This document shows positions 1 through 9,094 of a DNA stretch of 64,000 bases, in pieces. The stretch covers positions 55,105 to 119,104 of the forward strand of contig CAIYLG010000018.1 in the NCBI GenBank assembly GCA_903927025.1, given 5' to 3'. The position numbers and the translations under genes were made by a program. The stretch is from an uncultured Armatimonadetes bacterium (GTDB lineage Bacteria; Armatimonadota; Fimbriimonadia; Fimbriimonadales; Fimbriimonadaceae). How positions within the stretch are numbered: position 1 is the stretch's first letter; each line of letters opens with the position of its first letter. The notes beneath the pieces are model-generated. The model saw only the letters and a list, made by a program, of their open reading frames with translations, was not told the DNA's origin and ran no database searches.

Positions 1-189
1 GGTTGATCGCTGCACATCCAGAACCTGAACAAGATCGTTCCACTGTCGATCACTGACCCGGTTCTCCAGCAAGTACCACCTCAATTTGGCGATAACGATG
101 CTTTCAGAAGCATAGAACGAAACCGCGTTGCCAGCATGCGGAGCCAAGCTTCTTCCGACGTATCCATCAAGTCTGTCCGTCGCACCGGT
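1..189 (-). pseudogene. Fragment of a putative nucleotidyltransferase-like gene running off the left edge
   Basis: Minus frame reads ...SESIVIAKLRWYLLENRVSDRQWNDLVQVLDVQRST, resembling from memory the 'EDxIxxKLxWY...SxRQWxDV' C-terminal motif of a hypothetical NTase family. There is an in-frame TAG at 190-192 and no convincing start. Confidence 0.35.
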
Positions 190-282
190 CTATTCTACAA
201 CTGACTCAGTCCATCGCAAACGGCGTGAATTTGGGACCTAGGATCGGTAGTGTATCCATTCAAGCAGGTAGTTATCTTGCAG

Positions 283-501
283 TTACTTTCTCTGGATTCT
301 AGCCTTTGCCGCCAAAAACCTGATTAAGCCCATCCCTAAGCCGAACACCACAGCTGGAATGACGACGCCTTGGAACGTCGGAGTCCTGTGACCGACAAGG
401 GCAAACCCGATTTCAGCTACAACGACAATCGCAAATGTCGTGAGTGCCGCGCTTAGCGAAGATTTATTGAGTAGCCTGCTGATCATCGTTGTGCTGGCCA
501 T
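283..501 (-). CDS. Small two-TM membrane protein, unknown function (start may be the later ATG, MISRLL)
   Basis: 72-aa ORF with two hydrophobic segments and a basic C-terminus; fills an otherwise empty interval. Confidence 0.55.
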   Translation of the reverse strand: MASTTMISRLLNKSSLSAALTTFAIVVVAEIGFALVGHRTPTFQGVVIPAVVFGLGMGLIRFLAAKARIQRK

Positions 502-679
502 TCTACGCCGAGTGCCTAGTTATCGGGAAGTCCTGGCAATTCCTTGTGGTGGTTTTGAAGTTCCTGGACTCGAAGGGGCAGCTAACTCCGCTTCGGCCAA
601 GATGTACTCCAAACCGCAGCCCCAGCTTGCGGCGTGGTTGGCATAAGCGACTTACCGGAGCGGCCTTATAATGCAGATC

Positions 680-1126
680 ATGGAAGCCCCCGCCCCACCA
701 CCAGTCATGATCCCGTCGGATTTCAAATCGGACAAGATCATCGGCGTCATCATCATGGTTCTCGGTGGGCTCTCATTCCTTACGGGAGTTATTGCCTTGT
801 TCCTGGGCTCCATGATAGCTCCCGCCATGCATGATATGCGGGCGCAAATGGCGAAGGATGCCAAACATGACCCTTCGGCATCAATGCCACTGTTTCCCTT
901 TGACACCATGTTTAGTATCATGGGATGGCTTGCGATTGCAATCGCGGTTCTTCAGATTGCCAGCGGCGTTGGTGTCTTCAAGAGCAGTAAAAAGGGTTTG
1001 ATTTTCGCCTTAGCCGTCGCGGTGTTCAGCGTATTTGCCGGCGGCTTCGGAACCATTATCGGCGTTGCAATAGGGCTATACACTATCCTGCGCCTGTGGG
1101 GCAATGTCGGCCCGAGGCCAGCGTAG
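680..1126 (+). CDS. Integral membrane protein (about 4 TM), unknown function
   Basis: Hydrophobic helices and a Pro-rich N-terminus. TATAAT at 667-672 lies 7 nt before the in-frame ATG at 680. Confidence 0.75.
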   Translation: MEAPAPPPVMIPSDFKSDKIIGVIIMVLGGLSFLTGVIALFLGSMIAPAMHDMRAQMAKDAKHDPSASMPLFPFDTMFSIMGWLAIAIAVLQIASGVGVFKSSKKGLIFALAVAVFSVFAGGFGTIIGVAIGLYTILRLWGNVGPRPA

Positions 1127-1193
1127 CAGCAGCAGTCGGATGACCTCTTATCAAAAGCGATGGATTTGATCTACTCGGCTACTCAGCCCCCAC

Positions 1194-1685
1194 CTAGGAT
1201 TCAGCAGGTTTGCGAACCGTCTTCACAAGATCTGCTTCAATATCGTGATCCTTGAGCCAATCTTTGGCAAAGTCGATATACGTTTCTTCCTCAAACTTGA
1301 ACCACCTTTCTCGAACCGGGCCAACGTCAAGGAGAGCATCCTTAAATCTGCGGAACGGTTTCGAACCCTCTAAAGCACGGAACAGGACCTCTCGGTCAGC
1401 CGCCGACTCAAGCGATTCGACGAACTCCTCCATCACTCGGTAGGCGTTTCGAGAGTCGATGCCCTCAATCGGTTCATATCGAGGATCATCGAGGAATTCA
1501 TCGATGTCGAAGTCCTCTTCAACAGCCTCACCGTCCATCATCCCATCGGAGTACAGCTTGACTCTTCCGTCTTGGCGATCAAAAAAGAAGACCAGTTCGT
1601 ACGAGTGGTCTTGAAGCGCCGTGATCAAATCATCCGCGTCAACTTGCAATCTGCTGGCTGAACTTTCTTTGTCGGTCATCTCCAC
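1194..1685 (-). CDS. UPF0158 family protein
   Basis: Acidic 163-aa protein with YRVMEEFV...LFRALEGSKPFRRFKDAL...ERWFKFEEE, typical of UPF0158. TAAGAT lies 6 nt before the GTG. Confidence 0.8.
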   Translation of the reverse strand: MEMTDKESSASRLQVDADDLITALQDHSYELVFFFDRQDGRVKLYSDGMMDGEAVEEDFDIDEFLDDPRYEPIEGIDSRNAYRVMEEFVESLESAADREVLFRALEGSKPFRRFKDALLDVGPVRERWFKFEEETYIDFAKDWLKDHDIEADLVKTVRKPAES

Positions 1686-1790
1686 CCAATGATCTTAGGC
1701 CATACCGATTGGAGATGTCCATGTGCCGGCTCTTGAGGAATGCGCGGCCGATCAAAAAGTTTATTGAACCATCAAAGAAGCTTGCGCACC

Positions 1791-2345
1791 ATGTTAAGTG
1801 TGGATGATCGCATATGGATTGAAAAGGTCGCAGCAGGCGACCCCGAGGCGATTGCCCAATTCGTCGACCGGTTCTATCCGACAGTCTTTCGGTTTCTTTG
1901 GCATTCTTGCGGTTCCAAGGAGGACGCGGAAGACCTTGCCTCACAAGCGCTCCTCAAAGCTCGATTCGACATCAAGAGATTTCGCGCAGACGGTCCACTC
2001 GCAGCATGGATGTTCAGCATCGCCAGGCGTGAGTACCTTCAGTTTCGAAGACGAAAGGCTTTAGGTTCGCTGTTCGAAGCCAAACACAGATCGGAGCCAG
2101 ACCCGACATGTAACGACGATGTCATCGTCATTCAGCAGGCGCTTGCTCGCCTGAGCCCAAATCTGAGGACGGCTTTCCTGCTGACGGAGGTAGAAGGGCT
2201 CACTACTGAAGAAGCGTCCGCCGCAATCGGCATTCCAGCTGGGACGGTCAAATCTCGATGTCACCACGCCAAAAAACGCCTGAGGGAAATCCTTGGCCCC
2301 ACTTACCCGGAGGTTTCAAACTATGTCCAACCCATCCCAGACTGA
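1791..2345 (+). CDS. ECF sigma-70 factor
   Basis: Region 2 (DAEDLASQAL, AWMFSIARR) and region 4 (ALARLSPNLRTAFLL...EASAAIGIPAGTVKSRCHHA). In-frame ATG at 1791 preferred over 1740. Confidence 0.9.
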   Translation: MLSVDDRIWIEKVAAGDPEAIAQFVDRFYPTVFRFLWHSCGSKEDAEDLASQALLKARFDIKRFRADGPLAAWMFSIARREYLQFRRRKALGSLFEAKHRSEPDPTCNDDVIVIQQALARLSPNLRTAFLLTEVEGLTTEEASAAIGIPAGTVKSRCHHAKKRLREILGPTYPEVSNYVQPIPD

Positions 2346-3510
2346 AGAGTGGGTCGTTTCTACCCTGCGCGAGGTGGAAACGACACTACCGCCAGCTGAC
2401 CTAACCTGTCGCATCGTGAAGGCTCACGACCGATTTCGACTGATGCCATGGGTCGCAGCTTCAGCAGCTGCGTCGTTCGGCGCAATCCTCGTTGCCGCCG
2501 AAATTCTTCATCCGACCACCTCACTGGCGCAAGTTGCTACTGCTCAGGCTCGACAAACCGAGTACACGCTGATCAACACGATGATCAACGGCGACGGAAC
2601 CGAATACGTGTTCACCGAGTGCCGGGATGGTTCTCGTTGGAGCATCCACTCGAAGACCCTCGTGATTAAGAACGGTGTCGCCGTGGAACCCAAACGGTTC
2701 GTTGCCGGAGCGTTCGGGTCCACAGTGATGGACGGAACCAGAACCGTACACCTTCGCAAACTTCCGGGGCTGATCAACTTCGCGGAGATCGACGATCCAA
2801 AGCCTAGGGAAGACCAATACGAGTTTGATGTCAACAGGATTCTGAGCAGAAACCACGGGTCGGTGACCAGCAGCTCTGGGATTGAGTGGCACGGGCACAC
2901 CGTTGATCGCTTCCAAGTTCACTCCACTTACATCAGTGAGGGGAAAACGAGGACGGTGGACAGAACGGTCATTGCCGACACGGTTAGTCACCTACCCTTG
3001 AGAGTCGAAGAGTATCGGGATGGAAAGTCTTCAGGAAGCTCTTGGGACTACCAATATGGTCGCCCATCTGGTGATCAGTTCAAGGCGGACTTCGACGAAG
3101 AGACAACTGTGTTCGACCTTAGAAAGCAGCGGGCCGATCTTAATCGTCGACTAACGCAGGGAGTTGTTCTGGTCGAATACGGTCGAAGTGCAGAAGTGCT
3201 GTTCCCAGCTACCAACGGACGGGTACGTCTGGTCTTCCCCGTCAAGATCGTGGGAAGCACCGTAAAGATGCAGGCGACCCTAGTCGTTAAACCTGGCCTC
3301 GGAAAACCTCAGCCTCAGGTCTACGTCATCAACGGAAAGCGTTGGCAGGTCGCGACACTCGTTTGGCCACCGTTCAACGACTTCAATAGCTTTTCTCAGT
3401 TCCAAAAAGCAGAAGTGAGCCTCAACATTGGCGATGCGCATCTCACTCATGTGCCGGTAGCTCACGTTTCCACAGCGGCAAAGCTGCTTAGCCCGTTCTC
3501 GACAAGGTGA
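2323..3510 (+). CDS. Putative membrane-anchored anti-sigma factor with a periplasmic LolA/RseB-like domain
   Basis: Overlaps the 3' end of the sigma gene; short cytoplasmic N-terminus, one TM (WVAASAAASFGAILVAA), then a beta-rich extracytoplasmic domain. Confidence 0.7.
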   Translation: MSNPSQTEEWVVSTLREVETTLPPADLTCRIVKAHDRFRLMPWVAASAAASFGAILVAAEILHPTTSLAQVATAQARQTEYTLINTMINGDGTEYVFTECRDGSRWSIHSKTLVIKNGVAVEPKRFVAGAFGSTVMDGTRTVHLRKLPGLINFAEIDDPKPREDQYEFDVNRILSRNHGSVTSSSGIEWHGHTVDRFQVHSTYISEGKTRTVDRTVIADTVSHLPLRVEEYRDGKSSGSSWDYQYGRPSGDQFKADFDEETTVFDLRKQRADLNRRLTQGVVLVEYGRSAEVLFPATNGRVRLVFPVKIVGSTVKMQATLVVKPGLGKPQPQVYVINGKRWQVATLVWPPFNDFNSFSQFQKAEVSLNIGDAHLTHVPVAHVSTAAKLLSPFSTR

Positions 3511-3540
3511 GGCCACGAAGTGTTACGCGGCCCCAATGAA

Positions 3541-3963
3541 TCAGTTGCCTTTCTTCGTCGACTTGGTCTTGGAGGCCGGCTTCTCGGCCTTTGTGAAGTT
3601 GTCGTAGTCGTCTTGCGCCTTCGTCAGGTTCTCGTCCTTTGCCAGGCACTCGTTGACCTGATCCTGTTGGTAGGCAGGCATGCTGGCCGTGACAGGGCCA
3701 GAGCAGACTTTATTTGCCCCTTCTGTCACCGTGTCCAGACGGTACTTGTAATAGGTGGTGAAGGCAAACCGATAGGCCGGATAGGCTGCAAGGACAACCG
3801 CAGCAAAAATCCCGATCCTGATGATGTTATTGGCAGCGCCGGCCATGTTGGAACGCTTGGCATCGGCTCGATGTCGAGCCTGAAGGCTCAGCGCGACACC
3901 ACATTTGTTGCAGCGAGGCGTGTGTTCAGGGTTGTTCTCCCCGCAGTTGGTGCAAATGGGCAT
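3541..3963 (-). CDS. Zinc-ribbon domain membrane protein
   Basis: Starts MPICTNCG...RCNKCG (two CxxC), then one TM and a periplasmic C-x22-C pair. TACAAT lies 5 nt before the ATG at 3963. Confidence 0.8.
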   Translation of the reverse strand: MPICTNCGENNPEHTPRCNKCGVALSLQARHRADAKRSNMAGAANNIIRIGIFAAVVLAAYPAYRFAFTTYYKYRLDTVTEGANKVCSGPVTASMPAYQQDQVNECLAKDENLTKAQDDYDNFTKAEKPASKTKSTKKGN

Positions 3964-4184
3964 GGGCCATTGTACGTTAAGGGCTGGCAATCCAGACGGC
4001 AAAATGAGCAGATCCCCCAAAACAGCGCTTGATTGCTGACGATTCATCCCGACGGCGCGCGGCCAGAACGATCTGCGACAAAACCCCAGGAGTTGCGGTT
4101 TGCATGGCGATTTGTTGCAGACTTGCGCCTAGGGGCAACGTTTCGCTCGTCTTGTCCGCAATCCTCCCAACATCCGTGAATCTC

Positions 4185-6812
4185 ATGGCACTCAAAAGAC
4201 TCCTCGCAGTCAGCACCACAAGCCTGTCGACCGTGGCAATCCTCACACTCACTATGTTGGGATTGAGTCAGAGCGTCCGGGCCCAGTACAGCCCTCCACC
4301 CCTGTGGGCTTACAACGGAATTGATGGACCTACCAACAACGCCTACTCACCCGACGGCAAGTACTTTGCCATCGCCGGGAACGGAGGAGTCCAGGTTTTC
4401 AACACCGCCTCTAAGGCGCTCGTGGGAAGCTATCTCACGCTGACGATTGGCGTTCACGCCGTCACGTTCACTCCGGATGACAAAACCGTGATCGTCGGTG
4501 GCGAAAGCTACAACTCGTCGCAAAACGGCCTCGTCGAATTCTGGGATATCGCAACTGGAACCCTGAAAACCGAGTTGTCGACAGAAGCAAGCGTCTATTC
4601 CATTGCACTCTCTCCGGATGGCAAAAGCCTTGCGGCGGGTGGCTACGATTTCACTTTCTCGGCGAATTCCCCAACCGTTTCTCTCTGGAACGCCAAGACG
4701 CTAACCCTTGAGGGCACCCTCTCCAGCCCAGCCATTATTGTTCGCTCAATCGCATTCTCTCCAGACAGCAAATTTCTGGCCGCTGGTGGAGCCACTTCGG
4801 GGACTGGGCTAATCGAGCTGTGGAATGTGTCGACCAAAACCCTAGCTTCGACGCTTCCAACTCAATCCACCAGCGTTTACTCGATTGCATTTTCGCCGAG
4901 TGGCAAGTTACTGGCCGCCGGAGGCAGAGGTCCATCGGGCACAAGTCTTCTTGAAGTCTGGAATGTTTCGAAAGCAAAGCTCTCGGCGACGCTTCCCACC
5001 CAGGGAACCCTCGTCAATACCGCTGTCTTTTCTCACGACGGACTCTCCCTTTACGCCGGTACCACCGATCAGAACACCTATGGCGGAACGCTTGAAAAGT
5101 GGAACGTGGCCACGTCGGCGCGCACATCCATCCTCAACGCAGCAACCCAGGAAACAGTCGTCGGGCTCTCGATATCACCCGACGGGCAATCCCTTCTGGA
5201 ATGCGGACAAACCTTGTCGTCGCGGACCGCCGTCGCCCTCGGCGTAAGCCAAATATGGAACTTAGCCTCGGCACAGGTGACCTCAATAATCAACGCCGAC
5301 CTAGTCCACTATGCGCCGAGCTTCGCGTTTAGTCCAGACAGTAAGACTCTCATTTCAGGGGCTTCCAACTACAAACCCGGAACCTTGACAACAGAAGGAT
5401 GGCTCGGCTTTTGGAACTCCACAAAAGGCACCCTTCAGTCGGGAGTACCATGCGCGGACGGTATTGTCTCGATTGCTCTGTCTAGAGATGGAAAGGTGCT
5501 GGTCGACGCGGCGGCAAACGATACCGAATGTATTCTTGAACTCAGAGATGGATTGACCGGCAAGCTGAAGAGTACGCTGGTTTCGAAGCCAAACAACTAC
5601 ATTCTCAACGCCGTTGCCATCTCACCCGACGGGTCCATCGCCGCAGTCGCTGGGCAAATCTACAACGGGGGCGGATTCCTTCAGATTTGGAACTTAGCCA
5701 CCAAGAGCTTGGCATTCGACCTTAGCTCAACTGCTTTCACTTCAGTCAACACCGTCAGCTTTTCTCCAGACGGCAAGAAATTGGCGGTTGGACTCTCAAC
5801 GCTCGTCGGTGGCTCAAAAGCCGGTTACGTTCAGGTTTTGGACCCTGCCACAGGAAAGGTCGATCAGAACCTCTACCCAGATCAGTTCAACATCCAGCAG
5901 CTCTGCTTCTCGCCAGACGGCGGAAGCCTCGTCGTCTGCGGGCTCCAATACTTTCAAGGACAAAACTATTTGAGTGGCAAGAGCGAGATCTGGAATTTAT
6001 CGACCAGCACACTCACTACCCGCCTGCCAGACGCCCCGTACATAAGCTACTTCGGCCCAATTACATTTTCACCAGACGGAAAGCTCATTTACGTTAGCGA
6101 CTCCTCAGACATTCGAGTGTTTGATTCGTCGACCTACGTTTCGATAAGCGGCCTTAACGTAGGCGCTAATCATGGCGGAATGGCGATTTCGCCAGACGGC
6201 AAGCTGATCGGTTATTCAGGGGTTCCCACGATTGGAGTCCAGCAGAGCCCCGTCGGTTCCGTCAAGCTTTCGACCCTCACGGTAACGGGTGGAACTCCGG
6301 TCAAGGGCACCGTCACGCTTCTCCACCCCGCCCCAACTTATGGCGAAAATGTGCTTTTAGCAACCAGCAACGTCGCAGTGGCCACTCTTCCCGCTTCAGT
6401 CTATGTCCCGGCCGGTGCCACCAGTGCATCCTTTACGATCGAACCAACACCTGTGGCCATTTCCCAGTCGGTAGAGATCTCCGTAGAGTTGGGCGGATTC
6501 TCGGTGACTTCACAGCTGCTCGTTCAGGCACCAGCGATTCAATCCCTTACAATCAGCCCTTCCTCCCTTAAGGGTGGGAAGCCCGCAAAATGCACCGTCA
6601 CGCTCAATACTCCAGCGCCGGCCGGTGGGATATCGATCCCACTCAACTCGAGCAGTACCGCTGCCACAGTGCCTGCTGCTCTAGTGATTCCTCAGGGAGC
6701 GAAGTCGGCGGTGTTCACGGTCACGACAACAGCTGTGAAGAGCTCGGTCAGAGCCACGATTTCGGCAGGAACCGGTACTGGTTCCAAGTCGGTCACGCTA
6801 ACAGTTCAGTAG
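4185..6812 (+). CDS. Secreted WD40-repeat beta-propeller protein with two C-terminal Ig-like repeats
   Basis: Signal peptide MALKRLLAVST..., about 14 repeats of (A/S)FSPDG...(W/F)N, and two TVTGGxxxxGTVTL...PAP...VPAG-type repeats. Confidence 0.9.
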   Translation: MALKRLLAVSTTSLSTVAILTLTMLGLSQSVRAQYSPPPLWAYNGIDGPTNNAYSPDGKYFAIAGNGGVQVFNTASKALVGSYLTLTIGVHAVTFTPDDKTVIVGGESYNSSQNGLVEFWDIATGTLKTELSTEASVYSIALSPDGKSLAAGGYDFTFSANSPTVSLWNAKTLTLEGTLSSPAIIVRSIAFSPDSKFLAAGGATSGTGLIELWNVSTKTLASTLPTQSTSVYSIAFSPSGKLLAAGGRGPSGTSLLEVWNVSKAKLSATLPTQGTLVNTAVFSHDGLSLYAGTTDQNTYGGTLEKWNVATSARTSILNAATQETVVGLSISPDGQSLLECGQTLSSRTAVALGVSQIWNLASAQVTSIINADLVHYAPSFAFSPDSKTLISGASNYKPGTLTTEGWLGFWNSTKGTLQSGVPCADGIVSIALSRDGKVLVDAAANDTECILELRDGLTGKLKSTLVSKPNNYILNAVAISPDGSIAAVAGQIYNGGGFLQIWNLATKSLAFDLSSTAFTSVNTVSFSPDGKKLAVGLSTLVGGSKAGYVQVLDPATGKVDQNLYPDQFNIQQLCFSPDGGSLVVCGLQYFQGQNYLSGKSEIWNLSTSTLTTRLPDAPYISYFGPITFSPDGKLIYVSDSSDIRVFDSSTYVSISGLNVGANHGGMAISPDGKLIGYSGVPTIGVQQSPVGSVKLSTLTVTGGTPVKGTVTLLHPAPTYGENVLLATSNVAVATLPASVYVPAGATSASFTIEPTPVAISQSVEISVELGGFSVTSQLLVQAPAIQSLTISPSSLKGGKPAKCTVTLNTPAPAGGISIPLNSSSTAATVPAALVIPQGAKSAVFTVTTTAVKSSVRATISAGTGTGSKSVTLTVQ

Positions 6813-6985
6813 TGCATCTGTCATTGAACGTAGAGGTCTCTTCGATTCCAATTGGAGTGCGGCGCATGAATTCAGATTGCTCGAGCGCCAATCAACAAGA
6901 TTTACCAAGAGTCTCCTGCGAATCCCTTGTTTTCACCTCGTCTAGCGCATAGAGTCTTATGGACTCGTCCTGGGCCAATCTTTCT

Positions 6986-9094
6986 ATGCTAAACGCACTT
7001 CTCCTAACGGTTTCCCTTGTCTCAACTCGAAACGCTGATCGCCCAGACATTATCCTTGCCGATTTTGAAGGCAAGACCTACGCTCCCTGGACTGTAACAG
7101 GAACGGCATTCGGCGAGGGACCAGCCCACGGCACTCTTCCTAATCAGATGGCGGTATCCGGCTTTAAGGGTCATGGTCTCGCTAACTCCTATCATGGCGG
7201 CGATGATTCAACCGGCACGCTGGCGAGCCCTAGCTTTAAGGTTCAGCGGAAATATATCGACTTCCTCATCGGTGGGGGAAAGTTTGAGGGCAAAACCTGC
7301 ATCAACCTGCTGGTTGACGGAAGAGTTGTGCGGACCCAGACTGGTCCAAACGATCAGCCTGGAGGCTCGGAGGCCCTGGCATGGAAAGGGTGGGATGTAA
7401 GCGAATTTCAAGATAAAGTCGCCACCATACAGGTAGTGGATCTAGCCTCGGGTGGATGGGGTCATATCTGCGTAGATCAGATTATCGAGAGCGACAGAAA
7501 GAGAGAGGCCATTCGAGTGCAGCGCAGCATCAAGATTGATCAAAAGTATCTTCTTTTACCCGTCAAGAACGGAGCCCCGAAAGCGAGAATCAAATGCGAA
7601 ATCGATGGTGTGTGGCTCACTGAGTTCGCCATCGAACTGGCGCCTGAGAAACCAGACTTCTGGGTCTTCCTGGATACGGAACGACTTCAAGGCAAGACAC
7701 TGACGCTTTCATCGGAGTCCGACGGAGACAGCAATCCCCTGGCCACTCTGAAGCAATCGAAGGAAATCGATCATGCAGGCTCGCTTTATAAAGAGGCTCT
7801 GCGACCTCAGTTCCACTTCTCATCACGAGTCGGCTGGCTCAATGATCCCAACGGGCTGGTCTTTAATGACGGCGAGTACCACCTGTTCTACCAGCACAAT
7901 CCATATGGTTGGGCATGGGACAACATGCACTGGGGACATGCTGTCAGCAGCGACCTTATGCACTGGAAGGAGCTTCCAATCGCGATCTATCCACATAAGT
8001 GGGATGATTGGGTGTTCTCCGGCAGCGCTGTAATCGACCATCAGAACACCTCCGGGTTCAAGACTGGCACCAAGGATGTGATGGTCGCGGCGTACACCAG
8101 CACCGGCCGCGGAGAGTGCATTGCCTACAGTCAGGACGGCGGACGAACCTTTACAGACTATTCAGAAAATCCTGTTGTCAAGCATTCCGGACGGGACCCC
8201 AAAGTTTTCTGGTACGAGCCAGGGAAGCACTGGGTGATGGCGCTGTACGACGAACTGGACGGCAAGCAGTGGATCGAGTATCTCTCCTCTCCTGATCTCA
8301 AGCATTGGACGAGCGAGTCTCGTATCGAGGGATTCTTTGAGTGCCCTGAACTGTTCGAACTGCCTGTCGCAGGACATCCGGGAGAGTCTCAATGGGCCAC
8401 TTACGCCGCCAGCGGCGAGTACCGGCTCGGCAGCTTCGACGGAAAGACATTCACCCCTTCCACTGAGAAGATCCCGCTTCAGCATGGAAACATCTTCTAT
8501 GCGTCTCAAACCTACAACGACGCACCTGGAGCCCGGCGAATTCAGGTTGGATGGGGCCGCGCGGACAGCCCCGGGATGCCGTTCAACCAGTGCATGCTGT
8601 TCCCTTCCGAACTCACCCTTCACCACACTGCAGCTGGAAGCAGAATCTTCGTCAACCCCGCAAAGGAAATCCACGGACTCTATCAAAAGGAGCACTCCTG
8701 GAGCAGTGTGGATATCAAGTCTTCACCCATTTCCCTTGAGGCTGGGAAGGGAGGCTTGCTCGACATTCAGCTGGACCTCTCGCTAGAAGCTGGAAGCAAA
8801 CTTGCACTCAGTCTCTTTGGTAGCCCACTGACCTACGATGCGTCCAAGGCAGAGGTGGAGTTCCGAGGCTGTCACGGCCCTGTCAACCTACGAGACGGAA
8901 AACTACGCCTTCGCATCCTCACCGACCGCACAACCGTTGAGATCTATGCAAATGATGGTGAACTGTACATGCCCGTCGGAGGAACAAACCTCTCCAACCT
9001 TGCCGTATCCCTCTCGGCACTTTCTGGACAGGTGCGGCTGGACAGCGCCGTAATCCATGAGCTCAAGCCATCTATGATCCCTTCTGGTCGCTGA
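6986..9094 (+). CDS. Glycoside hydrolase family 32 (levanase/fructan beta-fructosidase-like) with N-terminal accessory domains
   Basis: GH32 motifs WLNDPNG, RDPKVFW and FFECP, plus a signal peptide. The start could be the ATG at 6959 or 6986. Confidence 0.93.
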   Translation: MLNALLLTVSLVSTRNADRPDIILADFEGKTYAPWTVTGTAFGEGPAHGTLPNQMAVSGFKGHGLANSYHGGDDSTGTLASPSFKVQRKYIDFLIGGGKFEGKTCINLLVDGRVVRTQTGPNDQPGGSEALAWKGWDVSEFQDKVATIQVVDLASGGWGHICVDQIIESDRKREAIRVQRSIKIDQKYLLLPVKNGAPKARIKCEIDGVWLTEFAIELAPEKPDFWVFLDTERLQGKTLTLSSESDGDSNPLATLKQSKEIDHAGSLYKEALRPQFHFSSRVGWLNDPNGLVFNDGEYHLFYQHNPYGWAWDNMHWGHAVSSDLMHWKELPIAIYPHKWDDWVFSGSAVIDHQNTSGFKTGTKDVMVAAYTSTGRGECIAYSQDGGRTFTDYSENPVVKHSGRDPKVFWYEPGKHWVMALYDELDGKQWIEYLSSPDLKHWTSESRIEGFFECPELFELPVAGHPGESQWATYAASGEYRLGSFDGKTFTPSTEKIPLQHGNIFYASQTYNDAPGARRIQVGWGRADSPGMPFNQCMLFPSELTLHHTAAGSRIFVNPAKEIHGLYQKEHSWSSVDIKSSPISLEAGKGGLLDIQLDLSLEAGSKLALSLFGSPLTYDASKAEVEFRGCHGPVNLRDGKLRLRILTDRTTVEIYANDGELYMPVGGTNLSNLAVSLSALSGQVRLDSAVIHELKPSMIPSGR

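Noticed and set aside
3520-4032. 170-aa plus-strand ORF and many other long antisense ORFs (e.g. 32458-33045, 38925-39812, 53691-54428, 57814-58449)
   Set aside because: They are shadows of well-supported genes on the opposite strand, with no motifs or initiation signals.
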